A stretch of 64,000 nucleotides of DNA from Candidatus Omnitrophota bacterium (GCA_028711115.1 JAQTSV010000001.1:134032-198031), one strand, 5' to 3'. Counted from the stretch's first letter, positions 25,961 to 36,421 are shown. Translations and numbers: made by a program. Notes: a model not told the origin generated them from the letters alone.

Positions 25961-28336
25961 ATGAAAAATAAATTATGTCTTATATGGATAGTATTATTTG
26001 TCTTGGGGTGCGGCCGTCTGCCGCAGGATAAGCAAGCCAGGTTAAAACAGGCTGATGTTTATGCTGCACAAGGCCATAAATATATAGCCAGGTCCATTGA
26101 ATTGTATAAGGGATTGATAAAAGAGGAAACCAGCGCTAATTTAAGAGATGGCTTAAAGCTGAAACTGGGCGATTTATATTCAGAGATGGGCCGTTATGCC
26201 GAAGCAGTAGACTGTTTTTCGGGAATAGAATCCCCGGAGGCCAAGAAAAAATTAGCCATCGCCTATTTTAAGAATTCTCAATTAACCGATGCCTTGGCGC
26301 AATTCGACAGATTAGGCAAATTAAATGACAATGATTACCTATATTACTATGGGCAGACATTGGAAAAGAATAATCTCTACGATAAGGCTCTGGAGATTTA
26401 TTCGCTGATTCCCAAAATAGATAAAAATTATGCCAAAGTCAAATCCAGGATTAACGCCATAAATCTTTCTGAAGATATTTCTCCGCTTAAGAATTTATCA
26501 GAAAGTATTATAAAGAATGCCCCTAATCAACAGGACTATCCCGAAGCCGGAGCAGTTATTCTGCTAAGCGAAGAGGACTTTGAGGCTTTCGAAAATAATA
26601 CCGCCCAATACGATACGCATATCGTGGCCAAGATATTCAATGAACGTGGTAAGCAGGAATTTTCCGAGATACAGATTCCCTATGATTCCACTTTCGAGGA
26701 AGTTAAATTAGATTTTGCCCGCACCATAAAGCCGGACGGCACAGCGGTGTATGTGGGTGACAAAAATATCCGCGATGTTTCCATGTATCTTAATTATCCG
26801 CTTTACAGCAATGCGCGTGTGAGAATTATTTCCATGCCCGAAGTAACCGAAGGGGCTATAATCGAATACCGGGCAAAGGTATTTCAGAAACAACTGGTGA
26901 ACAAAAAGGATTTTGTTTTGAATTATGCTGCCCAGGAAAATGAGCCAGTAAAAATTTCCAAACTTAATATAAAGATACCCCAAGACAAAAATTTCAATTA
27001 CAAAGTCATAAATCTAGAATACAACAAGTTTTCTGCCGTACTAAATCCCAAGATTAGCATTGTTGACAATAAGAAGGTATTTTCCTGGCAGATAGAGAAT
27101 ATCCCCGAAATACTGCCCGAACCGGATATGTCGCCTGCTTCTCGGATTAATCCTATTATTATGATGTCGACTTTTGAAAAATGGGACGATGTTTATAAAT
27201 GGTGGTACGCTTTATACAGAGATAAAATTGGAATTGATAAAGATATCCAGAATAAAATAAACGAATTGATAAAAAATAAAACAACCCTCAAAGATAAAAT
27301 GAGGGCGATATATAATTTTTGTGCGAAAGACATCCGTTATGTGGCGGTGGAATACGGCCAGGCAGGATACGAACCCCACCAGGCTAAAGATATATTTAAG
27401 AATAAATACGGAGATTGCAAAGACCAGGCGATATTGCTTGTTGCCATGTTGAGGTCTATAGGTATAAACGCGTATCCTGTGTTGATTGGAACATACGATA
27501 CCATTAATTTAGACAGAGATTTCCCCAGCATTAATTTTGACCACTGTATTGCTGCGGCAGATTTTGAAGGCGAAAGGATATTTATGGATCCCACGGGAGA
27601 GACCGTTTCATTCGGGGATCTGCCGGCGATGGACCAGGACAGGTTAATATTCGCGGTATTGGATGATGGCTATAAAATTATCTCAACGCCTACATTTGGA
27701 GCCCAGCAGAATTATTCGCAAATTAAGATGCAGATTACAATAAATGAAGATGACAGCATATACGCCAGGCGCCAGGCAGATACAAAAGGTTTCTTCCAGC
27801 AGGGCCAGAGGTATTGGATACAGTTTACAAAACCCAAACTAATCGAAGAAACTTTAAAAAGTACTGCCAATGCCATAGCCCCCGGCGCGCGCCTCATAAA
27901 ATATAATATTGAAAATGCAGACGACTTAGATAAAGATATAGTTTTGGAATATGAATTTCAGGCGCCGGAATTTCTTGCCAAAGCAGATGGTTCTAGGCTG
28001 TTACCGCAATTAGGCGGGATAGATATATCATCCGTCGGCAAAGAGGAAAGGAATTATCCTATAGAGTATTCTACGTTATTTGAGACGACAGTTATCACAG
28101 AAATAAAACTCCCCAAAAATCTTAAATTAAAATATTTACCGCAGAACCTAAAGATTGATTCTGAGTGGTTTGAATTCGAAAACAGCTATACGGAGAAAAA
28201 TAGGCTGATAACATTTTTTGAAAGGTATAGACTAAAGAAAAAACTTATTACCCAAGATGAATATAAAGAATACAAGGGCCTGCTTGAGGATATAGCCCGC
28301 AAGGTGAACCAAAACATAATACTACAGGAGAAATAG
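25961..28336 (+). CDS. lipoprotein with N-terminal TPR region, DUF3857-like domain and transglutaminase-like cysteine protease core
   Basis: ATG 25961 gives MKNKLCLIWIVLFVLGCG (lipobox). YGDCKDQAILLVAMLRSIGINAYPVLI is the transglutaminase-core Cys motif, and a later FDHCIAA..FMDPT supplies His/Asp. Confidence 0.7.
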   Translation: MKNKLCLIWIVLFVLGCGRLPQDKQARLKQADVYAAQGHKYIARSIELYKGLIKEETSANLRDGLKLKLGDLYSEMGRYAEAVDCFSGIESPEAKKKLAIAYFKNSQLTDALAQFDRLGKLNDNDYLYYYGQTLEKNNLYDKALEIYSLIPKIDKNYAKVKSRINAINLSEDISPLKNLSESIIKNAPNQQDYPEAGAVILLSEEDFEAFENNTAQYDTHIVAKIFNERGKQEFSEIQIPYDSTFEEVKLDFARTIKPDGTAVYVGDKNIRDVSMYLNYPLYSNARVRIISMPEVTEGAIIEYRAKVFQKQLVNKKDFVLNYAAQENEPVKISKLNIKIPQDKNFNYKVINLEYNKFSAVLNPKISIVDNKKVFSWQIENIPEILPEPDMSPASRINPIIMMSTFEKWDDVYKWWYALYRDKIGIDKDIQNKINELIKNKTTLKDKMRAIYNFCAKDIRYVAVEYGQAGYEPHQAKDIFKNKYGDCKDQAILLVAMLRSIGINAYPVLIGTYDTINLDRDFPSINFDHCIAAADFEGERIFMDPTGETVSFGDLPAMDQDRLIFAVLDDGYKIISTPTFGAQQNYSQIKMQITINEDDSIYARRQADTKGFFQQGQRYWIQFTKPKLIEETLKSTANAIAPGARLIKYNIENADDLDKDIVLEYEFQAPEFLAKADGSRLLPQLGGIDISSVGKEERNYPIEYSTLFETTVITEIKLPKNLKLKYLPQNLKIDSEWFEFENSYTEKNRLITFFERYRLKKKLITQDEYKEYKGLLEDIARKVNQNIILQEK

Positions 28337-28338
28337 CT

Positions 28339-28722
28339 ATGCCCAGGAATGAGGATAGAAAAAGTGACAACATTAAGTTTGAGATCGAGTTTTACGAGAA
28401 AATTTTAGAAGACCGTCCGAATTTTACCGATGCGCTCAAGGTATTGGCTGAGTTGTATACAAAATCAGGAATGCATAAAAAAGGCCTGGAGCTGGATAAA
28501 AAGTTAGCCGGACTCCTGCCTTGCGATTCACTGGTGTACTATAACCTTGCCTGCAGTTATTCTCTGTTAGGTGATATCGACAATTCGTTAAAGTCTATAA
28601 AAAAGTCAATTGAACTAGGATATAGCGATTTTGCCTATATAAATAAAGACCCCGACTTGGCGAATGTAAGACAGGATAAGAGATTCGAAAATATTATTTC
28701 CAGGAATATCGATAAAAAATAA
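28339..28722 (+). CDS. TPR repeat protein
   Basis: 127 aa with TPR-like helices (ALKVLAELYTKSGMHKKGLE, YYNLACSYSLLGDIDNSLKSIKKSIELG). Confidence 0.65.
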   Translation: MPRNEDRKSDNIKFEIEFYEKILEDRPNFTDALKVLAELYTKSGMHKKGLELDKKLAGLLPCDSLVYYNLACSYSLLGDIDNSLKSIKKSIELGYSDFAYINKDPDLANVRQDKRFENIISRNIDKK

Positions 28723-28724
28723 TT

Positions 28725-29852
28725 ATGCCACAGGATAATAATCGAATTAAAAGTTCCCAGGAAGCCAAAGAATACCACAAAATAAAGAATTTCTTATTTG
28801 TGGTGAATCTGTTGATTTCGCTTTTGGTTCTTTCGGTATTCATAGTATTTGGTTTATCCATATTCTTAAGATTTTATCTTAATATGTTTTTTGCAAACCT
28901 GATTATATTAAACGGCGTATTTTTTATTATTTTTTATTTGGTAGTGATTATATTCAGTTTCCCCCTGGATTTATTCGAGGGTTTTATTTTGGAGCATAAA
29001 TTTAAACTCTCGCGGCAAAATTTCGGCAGTTGGCTAAAAGACTATCTCAAGAAAAATTTCATTACGCTGTCAATCGCTTTGATTGTCGTCGAGTGCGTAT
29101 ATGTATTTATAGGAGCTTTTTATAACAGCTGGTGGGTGTTTGCGGCTTTGCTCTGGTTAATAATCACAGTTATCTTTACCAAGGTGTTTCCGCTTATAAT
29201 TCTTCCCCTGTTTTTTAAATCACGCCCTTTGGCCGACAAAAAACTTAAAGAACGCATAGATAAATTAGCCAGGAAATTTAATTTTAAATTATCTAATATT
29301 TTTATTCTGGAGTTGTCCAAAAAGACCATAAAGGCCAATGCAATGGTTACGGGTATGGGTATAACCAAACGCATATATTTATCTGACACTTTGCTGAATG
29401 ATTTTTCTCACGAGGAAATCGAAATAGTGGTGGCCCATGAGTTGGCGCACAACAAAAACAAAGATATCTATAAACATATCGCAGTGTCATTTCTCATCAG
29501 TATTCTTTCTTTTTATGTCTGTGATTTTGTTTTAAGCAGGGCAACATATCATTTGGGTTATGCGGCAAAGAATGACATAGCCAATCTGCCTTTGTTTTCT
29601 CTGCTAGTTTTTATTGTGGGATTTTTTATGCTTCCTTTTCAAAATGGTTTTTCTCGCTATATGGAAAATAACGCCGATGCGGATTCCATAAAAGTTACGG
29701 CCAATCCCAAAGGCTTTATCTCGATGATTTCAAAACTGGGCCGCAAAAATTTAGCAGATTTTTCGCCCACGCCAATTGTGGAATTTTTCCTTTATGACCA
29801 TCCGCCGATTTCTAAAAGAATTAATTTGGCCAAACAGTTTATCAAGGATTGA
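28725..29852 (+). CDS. M48 family zinc metalloprotease (Ste24/HtpX-like), multi-TM
   Basis: HELAHNKNKD (HExxH), a downstream ENNADADS glutamate, and an N-terminal multi-TM region. Confidence 0.8.
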   Translation: MPQDNNRIKSSQEAKEYHKIKNFLFVVNLLISLLVLSVFIVFGLSIFLRFYLNMFFANLIILNGVFFIIFYLVVIIFSFPLDLFEGFILEHKFKLSRQNFGSWLKDYLKKNFITLSIALIVVECVYVFIGAFYNSWWVFAALLWLIITVIFTKVFPLIILPLFFKSRPLADKKLKERIDKLARKFNFKLSNIFILELSKKTIKANAMVTGMGITKRIYLSDTLLNDFSHEEIEIVVAHELAHNKNKDIYKHIAVSFLISILSFYVCDFVLSRATYHLGYAAKNDIANLPLFSLLVFIVGFFMLPFQNGFSRYMENNADADSIKVTANPKGFISMISKLGRKNLADFSPTPIVEFFLYDHPPISKRINLAKQFIKD

Positions 29853-29853
29853 C

Positions 29854-31914
29854 ATGTTGATTAAAAAGATTCCTCAGGATGAGCGAAGAAAATATAGGCG
29901 TCTAGATACTGTCTTTCCTGTCGAATTTCAGATTCTGGATAAAGAACTTAATCCTGTTTCGGGCTGGCAGCAGGCTTTTAGCCAGGATATATCCAAAGGA
30001 GGCATCTGCCTTACAATCAACAACCTCAATAAAGACAAGCCTCTGAAATTAGTCTCTCGCGAGACGAATCTGCTTCTGCAGATTCACTCTCCAATATCCG
30101 AGAGGCATTTTCTTGCATATACAAAAGTTATGTGGGCAAAGAAAATACAGGAATCTCCATTTGAGCAATATATCGCAGGCGTGAGTTTCTCTAATGTTGA
30201 CTCGAGAGAAATTTCACGGCTTCTTAGCTATGTCCGCTTTAAGAAAATTCTCTGGCATACACTGCAGCTTTTAATTCTCGGCCTGTTATGCTATTCGGCA
30301 TTCGCTGTGGTAAATAATCTGAGGTTAAACTCCCGCAATAATCTGCTTATCAATCAGTATTCCCAGTTAATACATAAGAATTTAGAGTTAAATGAAAATT
30401 ATAAGATGCTTTTGGATGAAAGAGAGAAATTAGACAACGCTTTAGAGAATAGCGAACAAAAGATTGTCGTTTTGGAGGAAACATTGAGTAAAACAGAGAA
30501 TTCCAAGAATGAACAAATTCAAGCATTAGAGAATGAATTAATAAAAGCCAACAGCGTTATAAAGAAGTCCGAGCAGGATTTGATGCGCATAAAAGAACTG
30601 GAGAAAAAAATAAACGAGTTAAAGAATGCAAAAGAAGAAGATATCGCTAAGCTTAAGAGTGAAATTTTTTCTTTGCGAGAAGAGGGAAATAATCTAAAAG
30701 AAAAACTTTCCCAGGCCGTGGCCAAAGAATCCAAAATCCAGGCAGAGACCTCTGCGGTTGTAGAAGAGGAAACAGTCCTGGCAGAAGGTTTCCAGGATAA
30801 ATTATATAATTGGCTCAGCACACATCAAATAAGCAAAACAGGTTTAATAGTCAGCTTTGAAGGCGATTATAATTTAAAAGACACCACCTTTATTTATGAC
30901 CAGGCCCTGGCAGTTATCACCTATACTTTATTCGGTGATTATGAAAAGGCAAAAAGAGGATTGGATTTCTTTCTTAATAAGGCGGAAAAAATAGACGGAG
31001 AAGGTTTTTATAACGCCTATTATTCCAAAAAAGGAGATGTGGCGGAATATATTGCCCACGCCGGACCTAATTTATGGCTAGGCATCGCCATTGCGCAATA
31101 TACCAACAGGACCAAAGATTATACTTATATAAATTTAGCCAAACAGATTGCCCATTGGATAAATTCCCTGCAGGATAGAGAAGGCGGCATAACAGGCGGC
31201 AGAGGGCTCACTTGGTACAGCACCGAGCATAATCTTGATGGATTTGCATTCTTTAGTATGTTGTATCAATTGACAAAGGATGAAGGATACAGGGACACCG
31301 CCGGAAAAATACTGAACTGGCTGGAAAAGTATGCCTATGGTAACGAATCTATCCCGGTTAACCGCGGCAAAGGGGATTCCACAATTGCCACAGACACATA
31401 TGCCTGGTCCATAGCCGCATTAGGTCCGGCAATTTTAAAAGAATTAAATATGGACCCTGATGGGATATTGGAGTTTGCCGTAGAGAATTGTGCGGTGGAG
31501 GCAGAATTTAAAGATCGCTCAGGCAAGAATATCGCCGTAAGCGGATTTGACTTTTCCAAACCTCAAAATATCGCCAGGGGCGGAGTTGTTTCCTGTGAAT
31601 GGACCGCCCAGATAGTTTTATCTTTCAAGATTATGTCCGATTATTATCTGAGGCTCGGCCAGGCAAATAAATCCGCTTATTATAAAAATCAGGCGCTTAG
31701 ATATCTCAATGAATTAAATAAAATGGCTATTTCTAGTTTTTCTTCTTTTGGCCGGGGTGACTGGTGTTTGCCGTATGCTTCGCATGAGAATGTTGATACA
31801 GGCCACAGCTGGCGTACGCCCAAAGGCAACAGGACCGGCTCTGTGGCTGCCACAGCCTATACTATTTTTGCCATTTCTGGTTTTAATCCGCTCAGGCTTT
31901 ACAGTAATGAATGA
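29854..31914 (+). CDS. PilZ domain - TM - coiled coil - large C-terminal (alpha/alpha-barrel-like) domain protein
   Basis: ATG 29854. PilZ motifs RRKYRRLD (RxxxR) and DISKGGICL (DxSxxG). TM segment LLILGLLCYSAFAVV. About 150 aa of K/E/L/N coiled coil. The C-terminal ~370 aa is W/Y/G-rich with no family recognised. Confidence 0.65.
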   Translation: MLIKKIPQDERRKYRRLDTVFPVEFQILDKELNPVSGWQQAFSQDISKGGICLTINNLNKDKPLKLVSRETNLLLQIHSPISERHFLAYTKVMWAKKIQESPFEQYIAGVSFSNVDSREISRLLSYVRFKKILWHTLQLLILGLLCYSAFAVVNNLRLNSRNNLLINQYSQLIHKNLELNENYKMLLDEREKLDNALENSEQKIVVLEETLSKTENSKNEQIQALENELIKANSVIKKSEQDLMRIKELEKKINELKNAKEEDIAKLKSEIFSLREEGNNLKEKLSQAVAKESKIQAETSAVVEEETVLAEGFQDKLYNWLSTHQISKTGLIVSFEGDYNLKDTTFIYDQALAVITYTLFGDYEKAKRGLDFFLNKAEKIDGEGFYNAYYSKKGDVAEYIAHAGPNLWLGIAIAQYTNRTKDYTYINLAKQIAHWINSLQDREGGITGGRGLTWYSTEHNLDGFAFFSMLYQLTKDEGYRDTAGKILNWLEKYAYGNESIPVNRGKGDSTIATDTYAWSIAALGPAILKELNMDPDGILEFAVENCAVEAEFKDRSGKNIAVSGFDFSKPQNIARGGVVSCEWTAQIVLSFKIMSDYYLRLGQANKSAYYKNQALRYLNELNKMAISSFSSFGRGDWCLPYASHENVDTGHSWRTPKGNRTGSVAATAYTIFAISGFNPLRLYSNE

Positions 31915-32572
31915 TAAAAAAATACTGCGAATTTATAAAAAGCTGTATAAGTCTTTTGGCAAACAATATTGGTGGCCGGCGAAAACGAAGCTGGAAGTAA
32001 TTATTGGTGCCATGTTGACCCAGAATACTGCGTGGTCCAATGTAGAAAAAGCCATAGGTAATTTAAGAAAAAACAAAAAATTGTCTTTTAAAAAATTATA
32101 TAAAATAAAAACTGACAAATTGGCTGTTTTGATTAAACCGGCAGGATATTTTAATATAAAAGCCAAACGATTGAAAAATCTTTTGGAATTTATAAAATCC
32201 AGATACAATGGCAATTTGGAGAATATGCAAAGAGAAAATACGCAGGCGTTAAGGGGGCAATTATTAAGTGTCAACGGCGTAGGGCCCGAGACCGCGGATT
32301 CAATTTTATTATACGCTTTGGATAAACCCGTATTTGTCGTCGATGCATATACAAAGAGAATTTTCTCAAAGATCGGAATTATATCTTCGAATGCAACCTA
32401 CGAAGACATCCAGGAGTTTTTTATGAATAATTTAAAACGCGATACATACCTATTCAATGAATATCACGCATTAATTGTAAAATTAGGGAAAGACTATTGT
32501 AAAAAGAATAGGCCGAATTGTAAGGCGTGCCCGATTAAAGAGGAAATATGTTCAGTGCCAACAGGCTCGTAA
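31907..32572 (+). CDS. endonuclease III-related HhH-GPD protein
   Basis: ATG 31907 overlaps the previous stop. WWPAKT..., LLSVNGVGPETADSILLYAL (HhH-GPD) and a C-terminal Cys cluster CKKNRPNCKACPIKEEIC. Confidence 0.75.
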   Translation: MNDKKILRIYKKLYKSFGKQYWWPAKTKLEVIIGAMLTQNTAWSNVEKAIGNLRKNKKLSFKKLYKIKTDKLAVLIKPAGYFNIKAKRLKNLLEFIKSRYNGNLENMQRENTQALRGQLLSVNGVGPETADSILLYALDKPVFVVDAYTKRIFSKIGIISSNATYEDIQEFFMNNLKRDTYLFNEYHALIVKLGKDYCKKNRPNCKACPIKEEICSVPTGS

Positions 32573-33681
32573 AGTTAACCCAGGATTTAATTAAGATTGA
32601 TTCACAGAATCCGCCCGGCGATGAAAGAAGAATTGCTGTTTTTATTAAGCGGCTACTTTTCAAAAGCGGTCTTAATACTCGCTTGTTGGAATTCGGTAAA
32701 AATAGATTTAATACAATCACAGTATTAAAAGGCAAGAAGAGCGAAATTTCTTTATTGATTACGCCCCATTTGGATACGGTTCCTTTCGGAAAAAACTGGA
32801 AATATCCGCCTTTGGCAGCACGCATACATAAAAATAGAATTTATGGCCGTGGCGCCACAGATTGCAAAGGGAATTTGGCCGTAGGGCTGGAAGTTTTAAG
32901 GAACCTGGCTGAAGAGAATATCAAACTGAACTATGATATAATTTTTGCGGCTACGGCCGACGAAGAAACAGGAAGCCAGCACGGATTGCTGCCTTTATTG
33001 GAACGGAAAATAATAAAGCCGACCTATGCTTTAATATTGGACGCGGATGAATTTGATATTATTCTTGCCCAAAAAGGGCTGATGCATATTAAAATCGGTA
33101 TTTTGGGCAGGAAAGCACATGGTGCATATCCTGAAAGAGGCATAAACGCAATTGATATTGCGCTGGAAGTGATTAACAAGATTAAAAAAATTAAATTTCC
33201 ATACAGAAAACACAGGTTGCTTAAGCCGCCGACAATCAATGTGGGTACCATCCGGGGCGGAGACAAGGTAAACATGGTGGCAGATTGGTGTGAATTTGAA
33301 TTAGATGTGAGATTTCTTCCGGGTATGGATAAACACAAAATTATCTCAAGTATAAAAAATAAAGTGAGATCCGTAACTAAAAATTTTAAATTCGAAATTA
33401 CAGCCTTGCAGGCCCCTTCCCAGATAAGAACCGATCATATTTTAGTGTATTCACTTAAACAGGCGTCAACAAACGCTATCGGTAAATACAGATTAAAAGG
33501 CAGCCAGGGCGCAACAGTAATGACTTTTTTTGATAAATATAATATTCCCTGCGTAGCGACGGGTTTTGGCAGTTCGCAGTGCGCACACGCAACTGATGAA
33601 TATGTAGCTGTTAATAATCTTATTCTGGGATATAATATGCTTAGGAATTTTTTGTTTGTTTTTGATAAATACGTCAGGTGA
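32548..33681 (+). CDS. M20 family metallopeptidase (ArgE/DapE-type deacylase)
   Basis: LIKIDSQNPPG, ITPHLDTVP, GRGATDCKG, ATADEETGS and AHGAYPERGINAI motifs. Confidence 0.8.
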   Translation: MFSANRLVKLTQDLIKIDSQNPPGDERRIAVFIKRLLFKSGLNTRLLEFGKNRFNTITVLKGKKSEISLLITPHLDTVPFGKNWKYPPLAARIHKNRIYGRGATDCKGNLAVGLEVLRNLAEENIKLNYDIIFAATADEETGSQHGLLPLLERKIIKPTYALILDADEFDIILAQKGLMHIKIGILGRKAHGAYPERGINAIDIALEVINKIKKIKFPYRKHRLLKPPTINVGTIRGGDKVNMVADWCEFELDVRFLPGMDKHKIISSIKNKVRSVTKNFKFEITALQAPSQIRTDHILVYSLKQASTNAIGKYRLKGSQGATVMTFFDKYNIPCVATGFGSSQCAHATDEYVAVNNLILGYNMLRNFLFVFDKYVR

Positions 33682-33754
33682 ACACGCCCCGCCTTTTTTG
33701 GGCGGAGTTAATTCGCCCGTCAATAAATATGGCGGGCTCATAAAGGAGGTGGCT

Positions 33755-34021
33755 ATGACTGCAAGAGACGATAGGACAGAGGTTCTGCCCATAGTTAGCC
33801 CTTTGAAGGTCATTGATCATCGCACAATTAAAAAGGGTTCCGGGTGGTGGTTGGCTGTAGTCTTGGTGGAGTCATGGGGTAAACGTAATATTGGATTATA
33901 TATGTGGCAGAGGAAAAAAGACGGAAGGTGGCACAGAAAACAGAAGTTCACAATCCACACCCAGGAAAAATGGGATTTAATATCCGAGGCAGTCGAAGAA
34001 TTAATAAAGGACATGCATTAA
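33755..34021 (+). CDS. hypothetical protein (88 aa)
   Basis: ATG 33755 preceded by AAAGGAGG. Basic, Trp-rich, no family recognised. Confidence 0.5.
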   Translation: MTARDDRTEVLPIVSPLKVIDHRTIKKGSGWWLAVVLVESWGKRNIGLYMWQRKKDGRWHRKQKFTIHTQEKWDLISEAVEELIKDMH

Positions 34022-34022
34022 T

Positions 34023-34994
34023 ATGAAGAAAAACATTACTTTATTAAAAAAACCGAAACTTAAAAATACTTTTTTTATTGCTGCCTGGCCAGGCATGGGT
34101 GATGTGGCTTTAAAGGCAGCCACATTTTTAAAAGACAAACTTAAGGCAGAAGAGTTTGCTGTGTTTAAATCCGAAGATTTCTTCCAGCCGCAGGGTGTTG
34201 AAATTCAGAATCAGATAATCACTACAGCTAAAATACCCGAAGGCAAATTTTATTTTTATAAAAGCAAACTGCTTAAAAATGACCTGATTATTTTTATCAG
34301 CGAAGCCCAGCCTCTGCTTGAGAAGAGTTATGAATATGCAAAACAGATAATTTCTTTCATCAAAGAATTTGATGTAGAAATGGTTTTTACATTTGCGGCC
34401 CTGCCTTCGCCCATAGAGCATAATAAAAAACCGGGGGTATGGGCGGTGGCCACACATAAAGAATTGCTTGAGAAATTAAAACAGCTGCCGCTGCAGTTTA
34501 TGCCTACAGGCCAGATCAGCGGACTCAACGGTTTGATTTTAGGCGTGTCCGGGGAATTTAACATACCCGGTATATGTTTGTTAGGCGAGATTCCTTTTTA
34601 TACCATCCAGATAGAAAATCCTTTATCTTCTTTGGCCGTCTTAAGGGTTTTGACGAAAATAATTAATGTAAGGATTGAGTATGCGGAACTAGAAGAACAC
34701 GCACATTTGATAAGTCAGGAGATTGAGAAGTTTATGGATTTTCTCAAAGATCCGGAATCTCAGGAAAAACCCATTGGCAGCGACGAGATAGAAAAGATAA
34801 AGGAAAGTTTAAGCGCCTATACGAAAATTCCCGAATCGGTAAAAAAGAAGATTGAGCAGTTATTCGAAGAGGCCAGGAGAGATATTTCCCAGGCCAGCGA
34901 ACTAAAAAAAGAATTAGACCACTGGAGTATCTATAAAGAATATGAAGACAGATTCCTGGATTTATTCAGAAAACCCGGTAAGAAAAATAACTGA
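34023..34994 (+). CDS. PAC2 (proteasome assembly chaperone 2-like) family protein with acidic/helical C-terminal tail
   Basis: N-terminal FFIAAWPGMGDVALKAATFLKDKL pattern and overall size resemble bacterial/archaeal PAC2 (COG1938) proteins. Confidence 0.55.
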   Translation: MKKNITLLKKPKLKNTFFIAAWPGMGDVALKAATFLKDKLKAEEFAVFKSEDFFQPQGVEIQNQIITTAKIPEGKFYFYKSKLLKNDLIIFISEAQPLLEKSYEYAKQIISFIKEFDVEMVFTFAALPSPIEHNKKPGVWAVATHKELLEKLKQLPLQFMPTGQISGLNGLILGVSGEFNIPGICLLGEIPFYTIQIENPLSSLAVLRVLTKIINVRIEYAELEEHAHLISQEIEKFMDFLKDPESQEKPIGSDEIEKIKESLSAYTKIPESVKKKIEQLFEEARRDISQASELKKELDHWSIYKEYEDRFLDLFRKPGKKNN

Positions 34995-35284
34995 TGTTTA
35001 AAAAGTCGGTTTTTAAGATAGGTAAGAATAAATTTACAGGTTTTACAATAAAATTGCAGAAGGCAAATATTGTCCTGATCACCGCAAGAAAAGGTTATGT
35101 TATGTGCGGTTACCTGAATTTAAAAATTCCTGACAGGTTAAATGAAGCAGCCTGTATTGTTACGGGAGTTAAAAAACCCGAGGATATTTTATCGAAGAAA
35201 GTTGAATATGTATCAAAGGCCGCAAAACTTTTGGGTATCAAAAAAGGCATTTCTGCAAAAAAAGCCCTCGCCAAATTATCCTGA
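34994..35284 (+). CDS. DUF1805 (YunC-like) domain protein
   Basis: KGYVMCGYLN...ACIVTGVKKPEDILSKKVEYVSKAAKLLGI matches the DUF1805 pattern. Confidence 0.7.
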   Translation: MFKKSVFKIGKNKFTGFTIKLQKANIVLITARKGYVMCGYLNLKIPDRLNEAACIVTGVKKPEDILSKKVEYVSKAAKLLGIKKGISAKKALAKLS

Positions 35285-35285
35285 C

Positions 35286-35789
35286 ATGTCAATTTCCCGG
35301 ATAATAAAGAGAAGAAGAAGTACAAGGTCGTTTTTAAATAAGCCCGTGGGAATCAATAAGATAAGGTTAATTTTAGATTCCGGCCGCTGGGCTCCGTCGG
35401 GCTTGAATAACCAGCCGTGGCGGTTTGTAGTTATAAAGAATAAAAACATAAAAGAAAAAATCTCGCAGTTTACAAAATATTCTCGCGTAATAAAACAGGC
35501 CGATTGTTTGATTCTGGTATTTCTGGATAAAAAGAATAGCTATAACCTGCTTAAAGATACACAGGCGATAGGCGCTTGCATAGAAAATATGCTGTTGTGC
35601 GCTTTGGATTTGGGCATTTCCAGCTGTTGGCTGGGTGAAATATTAAACAGGAAAGCAAAGGTTAATAAGTCATTGAAGATAAGCTTGCGGTACGATTTGA
35701 TGGCTGCAGTTGTTTTGGGCTATTCCCCAAAAAAGACAAAATCTAACCGCCTCGCACTGGATAAATTAATTTTAAAGGAATTATTATGA
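35286..35789 (+). CDS. nitroreductase family protein
   Basis: ATG 35286. RRSTRSF, APSGLNNQPWRFVV and a C-terminal GYS.. pattern. Confidence 0.8.
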   Translation: MSISRIIKRRRSTRSFLNKPVGINKIRLILDSGRWAPSGLNNQPWRFVVIKNKNIKEKISQFTKYSRVIKQADCLILVFLDKKNSYNLLKDTQAIGACIENMLLCALDLGISSCWLGEILNRKAKVNKSLKISLRYDLMAAVVLGYSPKKTKSNRLALDKLILKELL

Positions 35790-36421
35790 CACAAGAATGT
35801 GTAATTTTATTTGACTTGGGCAGAGTTCTAATCGATTTCGACCACAATATCGCCGTTAAAAGAATGAAACATTTTTGCAGTTTGGACGAAAATAATATCT
35901 ATGATTTATTTTTTGATTCCGACCTCACAGACAGATTCGAGAAAGGCCTGATTTCTTCCTTGGAGTTTTTTCAGGAGCTTAAGGCAAGGCTCAATGCAAA
36001 AATTAGCTATGAAGAATTCGTGCCTATCTGGAATGAAATATTTACGCCGCATCCGGGGATGCGCGAGATTGTAGAATCGCTAAAGGATAATTACAGTCTT
36101 TACATGGTATCAAATATCAACGAACTGCATTTTAAATATCTGCAGCAGCAATTCAAGGATTATTTCGTATATTTTAGTTATATATTTTTGTCTTACGAAC
36201 TGAAACTGCGTAAACCGGATTTGAAAATTTATGAGTTGATTATAGATTATTTGAAGATTCCTGCCGAAAAGATTATTTATACAGATGATCGTCCTGAATT
36301 GGTAAACGCCGCCAAAAAACTAGATATCGATGCATTTGTCTTCGAATCCACAGCCGTATTTAAGGAAGAATTAATCAGGAGAAATATTAAATTTGATTTA
36401 GTTTTAAATAAGAGGCAATAG
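35786..36421 (+). CDS. HAD-superfamily hydrolase (subfamily IA-like)
   Basis: ILFDLGRVLIDFD N-terminal motif, VSNIN (motif II) and YTDDRPELV (motif IV). Confidence 0.7.
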   Translation: MTQECVILFDLGRVLIDFDHNIAVKRMKHFCSLDENNIYDLFFDSDLTDRFEKGLISSLEFFQELKARLNAKISYEEFVPIWNEIFTPHPGMREIVESLKDNYSLYMVSNINELHFKYLQQQFKDYFVYFSYIFLSYELKLRKPDLKIYELIIDYLKIPAEKIIYTDDRPELVNAAKKLDIDAFVFESTAVFKEELIRRNIKFDLVLNKRQ

